64,000 nt of DNA from Clostridia bacterium. GTDB taxonomy: Bacteria; Bacillota; Clostridia; DUPQ01. Below the pieces are notes generated by a model that saw only the letters and a program-made list of their open reading frames with translations, did not search any database and had not been told where the DNA came from. Below, piece after piece: positions 30,092 through 39,512 of this stretch (positions are counted from its first letter, which is position 1; each line of letters opens with the position of its first letter). A program made the translations under genes and the position numbers. The stretch covers positions 807 to 64,806 of the forward strand of contig JAUUZV010000001.1 of NCBI GenBank assembly GCA_030592085.1, in the 5' to 3' direction.

Positions 30092-30955
30092 ATGATGAAT
30101 GAAGAAGAACAATATGATGAATTAATAGAACATATCGTAGAGATAGATGATTATATTTCAGTAATAATAAAAATACCAAAACGACTTGACGCATTAAAGA
30201 TGAAAGCTTTAATGATGAAAACTAATAAGTTATTTAACTTATCTGAAGTACCAATACAAGAAGGACCTAGAGGGTCATATAAGAAGAAAATTAGGAAAAA
30301 AACTGATTATACTAAATTTAGTATAGAAGAACTAACAGAAATAGTTAAAAGTTGGATTACTGGTGATCATGATGTAAGAAATGCATTATCATCTAAATTA
30401 GAAATTGATAGAGATACTTTAGCTAAAAAAGTTAGTTATTGGAAACAAAAATTTAATATTGATATTAGTCATCTAACACCAAGTGCAATTAGTTCAGGCA
30501 GACCACCAACAAAAAATAAAACTAAAAAGTCACATAAAGGAGTTGATGGAAGAAATCCAGTATGGTCTGTTGATGAAATAAAAATATTAAAGACTAATTA
30601 CATTACTAAAACAATACAAGAATTAATGGTTTTATTACCAGGTAGATCAAACACTTCTATATATAATAGAGCTAGTCGAGAAGGTGTATCTGATTCGTCA
30701 AAATATACTGGTGTTGGTAGAGGAAGACCATCAGTAAAAAAAGCTAAGATTAGTAAATCATATGTGAATAAACCATTAAGAAAATCAAAAAATAAAGCAA
30801 TTATTTGGACTAAAGAAAAAAATAAAGAGTTTAAGTTGCTTTTTGAAGGTGGTAAAACTCAAGACGAAGTCGCTGAACATTTTAATATGAGTTTAAAGCA
30901 AGTTTGGGATAAAAGATTTAAAATGAAACAAACAGGTGAAATACAAGATGAATAG
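30092..30955 (+). CDS. Multi-HTH/Myb-like DNA-binding protein
   Basis: WSVDEIKILK..GRS..SI..RA and WTKE..HTH repeats, with GRP linkers. Confidence 0.65.
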   Translation: MMNEEEQYDELIEHIVEIDDYISVIIKIPKRLDALKMKALMMKTNKLFNLSEVPIQEGPRGSYKKKIRKKTDYTKFSIEELTEIVKSWITGDHDVRNALSSKLEIDRDTLAKKVSYWKQKFNIDISHLTPSAISSGRPPTKNKTKKSHKGVDGRNPVWSVDEIKILKTNYITKTIQELMVLLPGRSNTSIYNRASREGVSDSSKYTGVGRGRPSVKKAKISKSYVNKPLRKSKNKAIIWTKEKNKEFKLLFEGGKTQDEVAEHFNMSLKQVWDKRFKMKQTGEIQDE

Positions 30956-31424
30956 AGAAATTATAACAAAACAACTTACAAAAGAAGATCATTATAAGTT
31001 GAAGAGGTTAACAACATCTAATATAGCTTTTGAAATATTAAAAATTTTTGGTAAGCATATTGGACGTGATAACGAAATTACTAGAGGAAAATTATTTAAA
31101 AGAATTTATGCTAAGACTGAAGAAGCGTCTTTAATTGATGAACTTAGATGGGATTTTATTAAACGAGCAATGCATTTATGTAGACTACGTACAAAGTGTT
31201 TTATAGGTAGTAGATATTATAGAGGTATATGGAGATATTTTGTCGTTGATGACATGGGAGATGCTGAATATTACATCAATAACTTAAAGAAAAGCATTAA
31301 ACGAATGGAATCAATGCAATCAAAATGTGCTGAATCAGTAAGAAAAGGCTGGAGTAAAGTTGATTGGTTTGCAGATGTTAAAGAAAAAAAATCTCTAGGT
31401 TATACAGGTAAAGTAATGGTATAA
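30948..31424 (+). CDS. Hypothetical protein, possible winged helix
   Basis: HIGRDNEITR..L pattern. Confidence 0.5.
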   Translation: MNREIITKQLTKEDHYKLKRLTTSNIAFEILKIFGKHIGRDNEITRGKLFKRIYAKTEEASLIDELRWDFIKRAMHLCRLRTKCFIGSRYYRGIWRYFVVDDMGDAEYYINNLKKSIKRMESMQSKCAESVRKGWSKVDWFADVKEKKSLGYTGKVMV

Positions 31425-31690
31425 TGAATTGGAGGACTAAAATGAAATGTGAAATATGTGAAACTGAAATGGATAATTTACCCACTTCTGACTTGTGTAA
31501 ATGTCCTGCTTGTGGAACATTATCTGTAGAGGAGGATTAGAATGAAAGTTTTTGAAATAACAGAAAATGATGAAACATTAGACGCTTTTACATCGACAGA
31601 AGCTGAAAAAGAATTTACAAAAATTAGATCAAATATGAGGATAGGTACAATTTGTAATTTCAAACTTAAAAGATTAGGTTAGTGATAAAA

Positions 31691-31903
31691 ATGGGACAAA
31701 TTAATGTATTACAATTTTTAAAAGATAATAGATCTTGTTGGTTTACTGCTGTAAAAATAGCAAAAGAATTAAATATAGGTAAAAGCACAATATATACAAA
31801 TATGATGAGATTGAAAAAAAGAGATTGTGTTATGATTAGAGATGGTCAATTAGAAGGAAACTCTAATTATAGATCAGTTACTGAGTATAAGTATAAAAGG
31901 TGA
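31691..31903 (+). CDS. Winged-HTH protein
   Basis: TAVKIAKELNIGKSTIYTNMMRL. Confidence 0.75.
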   Translation: MGQINVLQFLKDNRSCWFTAVKIAKELNIGKSTIYTNMMRLKKRDCVMIRDGQLEGNSNYRSVTEYKYKR

Positions 31904-31907
31904 AGAA

Positions 31908-32183
31908 ATGAAAACAATATTACAACAAACTAGAGAAAATATTAGTAAGAAAGTTTTAACTATTGATGTAGATGAACTTATTGAGTATCTTGAAGGCAAT
32001 GTTAACTGGCTTAAATATAATATAAATACTTTAAAGAATGAAGATACACATAATCCAAAAAAAATGAATGAAAAATGTCCTAAATGTGGAAGAAGAACGT
32101 TAAAATTAAGTGATGGAGATCATATAGAAACAATAACTAATTGCCAAAATAAGAATTGTAATTATTATTGTAGTAGTTCATAA
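31908..32183 (+). CDS. Zn-ribbon protein
   Basis: CPKC...CQNKNC. Confidence 0.55.
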   Translation: MKTILQQTRENISKKVLTIDVDELIEYLEGNVNWLKYNINTLKNEDTHNPKKMNEKCPKCGRRTLKLSDGDHIETITNCQNKNCNYYCSSS

Positions 32184-32750
32184 AAAGATAATTAATAGAG
32201 GAATAGATAAAATAACTCGATTAGCATAATTGGAGATATAAATGAAAAAGAAACGTAAAATTTTTATAATCTTAAAAGTAATTTTTGTAATAGTATTAAC
32301 ATTAGCAATATTATATAGTATATTTTGTTTGTGGATGTTATATTTAATAATAAGTTTAGGGTGGTAATATGGCTTTTATATCGATAAATAAAAATGGAAA
32401 GTTTCATTGTTTTTTAGAAGGTGAAGATTTATTTGAAATCAATAAAAAATTGGATGATTATAAGAAGAAATATAAGATTATAAATATGGGTTTATTTGGA
32501 AAAATTATTAAAGAATCTAGATGGAGTATAACTAATAAAATAAAAATATTAAAGGTACAAAATGAAAAATAATATCGTTGATTCAAAAGTGGTAATATTA
32601 CAAGGTACAAAATATAAAGCATATTTAAAAAAAGTAGCGTCTTCTGTCTTGCCTGGAGGCAAACCTAGCAGTTATTGTGTACGACCTTTTATCAAAAAAA
32701 TTAGATCTAAAAATTAATTTATGGACAATAAAGTGTGGCTTAAAGTGTTC

Positions 32751-32846
32751 TAATATAGATATTATATTATAGTATAATACAATTTATATTTTTTAATATA
32801 GATATTATATTATACTATAATACAATTTATATTTTTTAATATAGAT
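32751..32846. repeat. 43-bp tandem direct repeat (2 copies plus 10 bp)
   Basis: Copies start at 32751, 32794 and 32837; a single G/C difference between full copies. Confidence 0.9.
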
Positions 32847-32963
32847 GATACTATATACAAAAGTATAAAAAGGTGTAACATATAAAAATAATAATAATAA
32901 TTATTATAATTATTTTAATTATTTTAATTATTATTATTATTATTTTTTGAGGGGTGAGTTACT

Positions 32964-33140
32964 ATCGTTAAGAAAAATTATAAAACTAATTACACTATTC
33001 CTTTTGAGTTTCATGAGTATATTTTAAATTATAAAAAACAACGTTCTATTACTATGGAAGAAGCTTTAATTTTAATTGTTTCTGAACATAAAAAAAATAA
33101 AGAAAAACAGGACGCAACTAAAAAAGAACTAAAAGCGTAA
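32964..33140 (+). CDS. Ribbon-helix-helix-like protein with apparent ATC start
   Basis: 58-codon frame (M)VKKNYKTNYTIPFEFHEYILNYKKQRSITMEEALILIV...; GGTGA 6 nt before ATC. Confidence 0.5.
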   Translation: MVKKNYKTNYTIPFEFHEYILNYKKQRSITMEEALILIVSEHKKNKEKQDATKKELKA

Positions 33141-33144
33141 TAAG

Positions 33145-33465
33145 ATGAATGAAAGAAGAATAGTATTTAATAAAGCTTACTGGGTATTTATTTATTTAGT
33201 TATTACTGATGAAAGATATTTAAACGTTGAAGGTAAGCTTTTAGCTAATATAGTTACTAAAAAAGGTTACTGTGAAAGCATAACTAAAGCAGCAAAAAAT
33301 ATGGGTATAGATATATCTAGGATTTGGAAAATTTGCCACGAAATCGAAAATAGAGGCCATGTACAAATGCAAAAAGATGGTAATAAGTTAAGAATTTTTT
33401 TTGATGAAAAGATTCAAAAAGAATCAACAAAAATGTTGAGGTTAGTATTAGAAGATGAATTTTAA
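33145..33465 (+). CDS. Winged-HTH regulator
   Basis: SITKAAKNMGIDISRIWKICHEIENRGHV. Confidence 0.7.
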   Translation: MNERRIVFNKAYWVFIYLVITDERYLNVEGKLLANIVTKKGYCESITKAAKNMGIDISRIWKICHEIENRGHVQMQKDGNKLRIFFDEKIQKESTKMLRLVLEDEF

Positions 33466-34342
33466 AAAAGTTTTTATAACTACATCTTTAATAATATTAT
33501 TTTTATTTATAATAATTATTATTTTATTACTTATTAATTCATCTACTGCTAAATGTTTACAAGGTCATCAATTTAATGATAATACTAGTGTTTGTACTTA
33601 TATAGCTAATAATTGTTTGGTAGATGAATATGTTATAGAAATAAAAGGACAAAGATCGTGTTCTTATTCACCAAAAGGTTTTATGGATAATGGTATATTT
33701 ACTTTTTTAATTATATTATTGATATTTGTATGGGTTATATTACTTATTGTTTATTTATTTTCAACTAGTAAAAAAGATAAACCAATTGATATATCAACAT
33801 TTAAAAAAGAAGATTATGTATTTCCAGATTTAGCAATGTCTACATGGGCTCTTAAAATAGCTAGAGATACTAATATACCAATTATTGATAATAAATATGA
33901 TTTATCATGTTTTGATTTTTTTGTTGGTAAAGGCCAAAGAAATGTTTTTCAAAAAGGAAAAGAATGGTTTTTAAAATTTTCTTGTAGTGTTACAGATGGT
34001 ACGAATCCTGGAGTTTATACTGTAATATTAAGTTTGAGTAGAAGTGTTAATTGGATAAAAAATGGTAATTTTAATATGGAACAAGTTAATTTTGATGATT
34101 ATAAAATTTCAAGAAATATGCCTATTCACACTTCAGAAGATCCTAGAGAAAGATTATTAGAACAGTTATGGGAAAGAGAACCAGAAAAAGCTATGGATAT
34201 GCAACAACAATTAATTGAAAAAGCTATATCATCTCCGAGTATATTACAAAATCAACAAGCCCCAGAAGGGCAACCAGCTCAAATAATAAAACAGCCAGTA
34301 AGAAGATCTTGGTATAAAGGGAGAGGATATCGTGAACGTTGA
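33455..34342 (+). CDS. 2-TM membrane protein with Cys-containing loop and cytoplasmic domain
   Basis: Two TM helices. Confidence 0.75.
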   Translation: MNFKKVFITTSLIILFLFIIIIILLLINSSTAKCLQGHQFNDNTSVCTYIANNCLVDEYVIEIKGQRSCSYSPKGFMDNGIFTFLIILLIFVWVILLIVYLFSTSKKDKPIDISTFKKEDYVFPDLAMSTWALKIARDTNIPIIDNKYDLSCFDFFVGKGQRNVFQKGKEWFLKFSCSVTDGTNPGVYTVILSLSRSVNWIKNGNFNMEQVNFDDYKISRNMPIHTSEDPRERLLEQLWEREPEKAMDMQQQLIEKAISSPSILQNQQAPEGQPAQIIKQPVRRSWYKGRGYRER

Positions 34343-34628
34343 GTATTTTGATATTACTAAAGATTTTTGGATTGCTCGTTGGTTAAAAAAACCACGAACA
34401 AAAGAAATTTTAAAAAGCAAAAAGATTATAGTAAGTAAAGGATATATAATTAAAATAGGAATAAGTGTAAAAGTTGTAAATAAAGTTATGACAATATATA
34501 AAAACATTGAAAAATATAATAGAATTGAAAATGAAAATGATTTATCTGTTATTGCTTTAAATATGGAATTACCTTTACCGGTTGTACTTCTTATTTTAAA
34601 AAATAAAAGTCTAATAAAAAATGAATAA
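34332..34628 (+). CDS. Basic hypothetical protein
   Basis: ORF track. Confidence 0.5.
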   Translation: MNVEYFDITKDFWIARWLKKPRTKEILKSKKIIVSKGYIIKIGISVKVVNKVMTIYKNIEKYNRIENENDLSVIALNMELPLPVVLLILKNKSLIKNE

Positions 34629-35829
34629 AATTATATTAATAATGATGTCGATAATAATGATTGGAACAGTTTATGCTTCAGATTATATTTATAATTTGGA
34701 TTATACAGATTTACCTTTTAATGATACATTAGATATTATTGTTAATGGTGTTAATAATTTAACATTATATATTGATTATAGTAATTTTACATATGGACAT
34801 GATACTTTAAATTTTACCTCTAGTTCAATTATTTTAAGTGTGAATGTACATATTCCAAAAAATACTGAACCTATTAATTATACTGAAAGTGTTATACTTT
34901 ATAATAATGATATTAATTTTACACATAATCTTACATTTGAATATAATATTTATAATGATACACCATCACCAACTGTTGATTATATTCAATTAGATTTTAA
35001 TGAATATAAATATTCTATTTGTAGTTATAGTTTACCTTGGAATAATACAAAAAAGATTACAATTAGTGGTGTTTTTGGTCAAGAAATTTATACATTATTT
35101 AATGAAGATTTTATAGATGTTGTTGATAAATTTATTATAGGAACAAGTAATTTTTCTATTATTGATGTGAATATGCATTTAAATGAAAATGTAACTGAAG
35201 GAGTTCATACAAGAGTAATTCAGTTTAGTGTTGTGGATGGTTCTAGTAATATTACAATTCATTTTGATGTTCAAAATTGTATTAGACCACCACCAGAATA
35301 TAATGCAATGATAGAAGCATGTGCAATAGTTAATAAGACACCTCAAGAAGCCTTATATTGCCAACAATTACAAACTGAATATAATTTAGCATTATATCAA
35401 GCAATGTTAGAAGCACAAGAAGTTCGTATAGAACAAAATACAACTATTAAATATGTTAATAATACTGTAAGAATTCCAGTTTTAGATTTAAATGATCAGT
35501 CTATAATTACTGCATTAAAAGAAATTCCTAGAACATGGAATCAAATGATTAGTGAACAACGAGAAAAAGATAAACTAATAACAACTAAGAATGATGAGAT
35601 TAAAGCATTAATTACTGATAAAGAAACTCTTCAGAGAAATATACGAGAGGAAGTTGGAAAAGCTGTAAATTCAATGACTGAAGAAAGTAAATTAAAACAA
35701 AATACTATTGATATGTATGAAGATAAATATATGAAGAAAGCCACTTTAGGTTGGCTTATATTTTGGGTTATATTTATAGGTGGTGGATTTTATTTATATA
35801 CTATATATCAAGATAATAATATGTGGTGA
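34621..35829 (+). CDS. Secreted glycoprotein-like protein with coiled coil and C-terminal TM
   Basis: Signal peptide, 15 N-x-S/T sequons counted by eye, C-terminal TM. Confidence 0.8.
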   Translation: MNKIILIMMSIIMIGTVYASDYIYNLDYTDLPFNDTLDIIVNGVNNLTLYIDYSNFTYGHDTLNFTSSSIILSVNVHIPKNTEPINYTESVILYNNDINFTHNLTFEYNIYNDTPSPTVDYIQLDFNEYKYSICSYSLPWNNTKKITISGVFGQEIYTLFNEDFIDVVDKFIIGTSNFSIIDVNMHLNENVTEGVHTRVIQFSVVDGSSNITIHFDVQNCIRPPPEYNAMIEACAIVNKTPQEALYCQQLQTEYNLALYQAMLEAQEVRIEQNTTIKYVNNTVRIPVLDLNDQSIITALKEIPRTWNQMISEQREKDKLITTKNDEIKALITDKETLQRNIREEVGKAVNSMTEESKLKQNTIDMYEDKYMKKATLGWLIFWVIFIGGGFYLYTIYQDNNMW

Positions 35830-35831
35830 AA

Positions 35832-36191
35832 ATGGGAAATAAAATAAATAGTGAAGATGCAATGGATTTTTTAATGACTTATGGATGGGCAATTTTAGTA
35901 GTTATAATAGCACTTGGAGCCTTGTTTTATTTTAATATATTATCATTAAATCCTGATGATTATATAGGGCTTAATAAAACAGAGATTGAAGAAGTCAATT
36001 GCACAACATATAAGAGAATAATTCCACTTGCTTCTAATTGTAGAGAAGTTAATAAATTATTATTAGAAGGAAAAGATTATATATTTGATGTAGAACATAC
36101 AGTATTATGTACTAATGAAGATCATAACCATCAATGGATTATTAAAGCTGGAAGTACGATAGATGCATATATAATGAGGTGTATTAATTAA
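35832..36191 (+). CDS. Pilin-like protein with degenerate class III signal
   Basis: AMDFLMTYGWAILVVIIALGALFYF. Confidence 0.65.
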   Translation: MGNKINSEDAMDFLMTYGWAILVVIIALGALFYFNILSLNPDDYIGLNKTEIEEVNCTTYKRIIPLASNCREVNKLLLEGKDYIFDVEHTVLCTNEDHNHQWIIKAGSTIDAYIMRCIN

Positions 36192-36192
36192 A

Positions 36193-36753
36193 ATGGAAGA
36201 TGAAAAAGAAAAGAAAATAATTGAAGAAGTTAAATTAGAAGAATATAAAGAAGAAGATAATAAAGAAGAAGATAATAAAGAAGAAGATAATAAAGAAGAA
36301 TTAAAATCTGAATTTGATGAAAAAAAAGTTGATATTAAAGAAGAAGAAACAATTAAGTTTGTTGAGTCAGAAGATCCAGAAAGAAATACTACACCGTCTG
36401 AGTTTAAAGAATTTCCAGAAGAGCCAGAAAAGAAGAAGGTTGATTCTAAAACAATTATTATTGGACTGTTAATTCTTGAATTAATATTATCTATTTATAC
36501 TAGTGGTTTTGGTTTAATGGGTAATGAAACAGTAGAAACAAATTTAGGATTACCAATGGATGAAGTTGAACAAATAGCTTTAGGTTATATTAGAACATCT
36601 ATGGTTGCACCAAATGTAACAATAATAGTTGATAGTATTGTAAAAGATGATAATTTGTATAAGTTAACATTAATCATAAGTAATCAAACATTTGTATCTT
36701 ATATTAATAAAGATGCAACTATGATTTTCCCTAATGGATTATCTATTGAATAA
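36193..36753 (+). CDS. Membrane protein: acidic N-terminus (KEEDN x3), TM, DsbC-N-like domain
   Basis: 15-nt tandem repeat near 36247-36299; LYKLTL...SYINKDATMIFP. Confidence 0.55.
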   Translation: MEDEKEKKIIEEVKLEEYKEEDNKEEDNKEEDNKEELKSEFDEKKVDIKEEETIKFVESEDPERNTTPSEFKEFPEEPEKKKVDSKTIIIGLLILELILSIYTSGFGLMGNETVETNLGLPMDEVEQIALGYIRTSMVAPNVTIIVDSIVKDDNLYKLTLIISNQTFVSYINKDATMIFPNGLSIE

Positions 36754-36894
36754 TGGAACGTGGTAATTTTAAGCGTCAACAAAAACATAAGAATTTATTT
36801 TGTATTAAATGTGATATACCAATGATAAAACGAGGAAAGATTAAAGAGGGTGAACCTCGATATAAGTGTAAAAAATGTGGTGAGATGAGATAAA

Positions 36895-37509
36895 ATGCCT
36901 GATGAAGAAGAAGTGTTAATGTCAACGGAAGAAGCGTCAATGATACCAACTATGGGTCTTGATATTATCGTATTGGATGAACTAAAGGAAGGAATGATTA
37001 TTACATCACTAGCTGGGCTTAATGATGAATTAGTTGAAACTGCACATTATGAAATAAAAGGGATGCGTGATTGTATGAAAGATATATATCAAGCATATTC
37101 AACTAAAGCTAGTAAGAAAGAGATGTGTAATATATTAGAAAAACATAAGAAGCGAATTGATGATAATATACATGATTTTTTTGGTAAGATTGAAAATTTA
37201 AATAAGAATGAAAAGATGTTTAAGGTTGCTAAAAAAAAGATAAAAAACGGAGAAGTAATAATAAAATTTACTCCTATAAATATAGAAGAAAAACAAAAGT
37301 ATGTAAAGTCAATTGTTAAGAAGTTAGTTAATAAAGTTTCAAAGGAACAATTAGTTCAGATGTTTGAACAAGCAGTAGTTAAATTGAATGATATAGGTCA
37401 ATTGAAAAAGGCTGATAAAGCATTAGATAAAAAGAATCCTAAAGTGGAAGGTAAGAGAGGATGTTATAAACTCATCATTGATGATGTGGATTTGATGATG
37501 ATAGGATGA
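36895..37509 (+). CDS. Hypothetical protein
   Basis: ORF track. Confidence 0.65.
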   Translation: MPDEEEVLMSTEEASMIPTMGLDIIVLDELKEGMIITSLAGLNDELVETAHYEIKGMRDCMKDIYQAYSTKASKKEMCNILEKHKKRIDDNIHDFFGKIENLNKNEKMFKVAKKKIKNGEVIIKFTPINIEEKQKYVKSIVKKLVNKVSKEQLVQMFEQAVVKLNDIGQLKKADKALDKKNPKVEGKRGCYKLIIDDVDLMMIG

Positions 37510-37658
37510 GATACAAAATAGTAGTTACTTGTCCAGAAAAAAAGACAGCAGAAAAGGTTTATGATTTGCTTAAAAAATCAAAGGTATATAATAGTCAAGA
37601 GATTATGTCAATAAATTCAATAAAAGAAGTATGTGATGAATGTTCGAGGAAGTTGTAA

Positions 37659-38009
37659 ATGGTAAAACAAAGATTAATGTTAAAAGAAAAAGACGCTTAT
37701 GCTGCAGGAATGTTAGAATGTAAGGGAGGTTTTTATCTTCATAAAGGCAATAATCGTATTAAAAAATATATAGGCTTTAAGATAGTATCAAAAGAAAATA
37801 AAAAATCAATATCAAAATTATTAATATGTTTGAAAGAAAGAAAAATAATATTTAAACAATATACTAATTCATTAGACACAACTACTATATATTATATTAA
37901 TGAAGATAAGATGGTTAGAAAATTAATTAAATTTATATCACGATATTGTTATAGAGATGATTATAAAAAATATAAATATGATTGGAAATTGGGGTGGTTT
38001 AAATCGTAA
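37659..38009 (+). CDS. LAGLIDADG-like protein, degenerate motif
   Basis: AYAAGMLECKGGF; K at the position of the catalytic acidic residue. Confidence 0.5.
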   Translation: MVKQRLMLKEKDAYAAGMLECKGGFYLHKGNNRIKKYIGFKIVSKENKKSISKLLICLKERKIIFKQYTNSLDTTTIYYINEDKMVRKLIKFISRYCYRDDYKKYKYDWKLGWFKS

Positions 38010-38557
38010 GAGTTAAGGCGAAAACGTTGTACATATGGGAAGGTCCAGATGATTTTTGTATTATGAGAGGATACCAACCAGTAGCTAATCCTAGGAATAC
38101 TACTGGCATGAATATACGTATTAAGCATAAAGGAGCAATGTCAAAATTTATGTTAGCAGAAAATATTGATTTAATGTTTCTAAGTGAACCAAAAAAATTA
38201 AGAGTGGGTAGTGGTTTTCTTGATGGATGGCAAGTTTATCGTGTTAAAAGAAGTTTTGGAAGTGGTGAGCCTTATATTCCTGATGTGCCTCCTGTAGTAG
38301 CTACTATGATTGATAGTTTGAGAAATCAATTAGCTATTATGACACGAAAGTATCACGAAGCTAGAAAACTTAATTATGATAGAGAACAAAGAGATTTATT
38401 TAGAGCTAAAGTTAAAGATGACTTTAAATTTATAGGAGACGCTAAAAATAAATTATTTACTCAAAATGATTATGGTGGTGGCGGAGCGTGGTCGAGCCCA
38501 TTTACTAGTAGATGGAACTCTAATTTAGGTTCTGGTGGAGGAGACCAAAGTGAATAA
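38003..38557 (+). CDS. Hypothetical protein with Gly-rich tail, apparent ATC start
   Basis: GGGGTGG 5 nt before an in-frame ATC; the track start TTG at 38027 lacks a clear RBS. Confidence 0.6.
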   Translation: MVRVKAKTLYIWEGPDDFCIMRGYQPVANPRNTTGMNIRIKHKGAMSKFMLAENIDLMFLSEPKKLRVGSGFLDGWQVYRVKRSFGSGEPYIPDVPPVVATMIDSLRNQLAIMTRKYHEARKLNYDREQRDLFRAKVKDDFKFIGDAKNKLFTQNDYGGGGAWSSPFTSRWNSNLGSGGGDQSE

Positions 38558-38559
38558 AA

Positions 38560-39063
38560 ATGAATAATTCAAGCATAGAAGAATATGATATTACACAAGC
38601 ACAGAAGTTGTTATCTAATATTAGATTCATTAGCGATTTAAGAAAATTTAAAGTCTCTAAGCCTTTTACTTTAATGGATGAAATAACTATGCAAGAATGG
38701 GTAAAAATATATGTAGAGAATATAGAGTGGAATGGTAGTATAGGAATAGAAAAAGAAGTGTTGCATATGATTCACAAACTAGATAGTCAAATGCAAATTT
38801 TATCTAGTAGAGCTGAAGAAGGTTATCGTAAATTGTTAATGGTCTTAGAGAGAAGAGCATCTATTATCAAATTATTAAATGATAAAATCTTTGAGTTAGA
38901 AAAAGAAAAAATATCTAATATACAGCCAGCTGTAATGGTTCCACCTATAAATACAGAGGCTAAAGATGAAGATAGTAATAAAGAAGAAGATAAAGAAGAA
39001 GAAAAAAAGACGAAGACTAAAACAGCACCTAGATGGATGAATAAAAAACCTTCACCCACCTAA
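38560..39063 (+). CDS. Coiled-coil hypothetical protein
   Basis: ORF track. Confidence 0.65.
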   Translation: MNNSSIEEYDITQAQKLLSNIRFISDLRKFKVSKPFTLMDEITMQEWVKIYVENIEWNGSIGIEKEVLHMIHKLDSQMQILSSRAEEGYRKLLMVLERRASIIKLLNDKIFELEKEKISNIQPAVMVPPINTEAKDEDSNKEEDKEEEKKTKTKTAPRWMNKKPSPT

Positions 39064-39131
39064 TATTAAAGAGTAGAAAGACAAGATAAAAAGTAAAGAA
39101 ATGATTAATTCCCGTCAAAATTTTGTGCGGT

Positions 39132-39512
39132 ATGCTAAATATGGAAACAGTCAAAATTGAAATAGATATGGTACAGTTTATACGAAAGTTGACACAAAAA
39201 AATTATATATCACTTTATATTAATAAGGGTTGTAATATGATATTAACACCACCAGAACTTAGATCTATGTATAATCTATTAAACTTATTAGAATTTCATG
39301 AAATACATAATGAAATAAAAATTAGTGATTTATTAGCACAATCAGGTTTAGGTAGAGTATCATTTACTAGTAATATTTGGAAATTGATGCCTTATTGTAT
39401 AAATGTGAAAGGTTTAGCCAGTCTCGTTCCTGGCAGAAGTGGAGCTAGATTTATATCAATAAATCAAAATGGGCTAGAAGTTTTAAAAAGATGGAGAGAT
39501 CAAAATGTATGA
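39132..39512 (+). CDS. Hypothetical protein, possible winged helix
   Basis: ISDLLAQSGLGRVSF. Confidence 0.5.
   Translation: MLNMETVKIEIDMVQFIRKLTQKNYISLYINKGCNMILTPPELRSMYNLLNLLEFHEIHNEIKISDLLAQSGLGRVSFTSNIWKLMPYCINVKGLASLVPGRSGARFISINQNGLEVLKRWRDQNV

Noticed and set aside
32751..32846. CRISPR array
   Set aside because: Repeats are contiguous with no spacers, and no cas genes are present
37659..38009. Intron or intein associated with the LAGLIDADG-like ORF
   Set aside because: No split host gene or splice motifs are evident, and the catalytic acidic residue appears replaced
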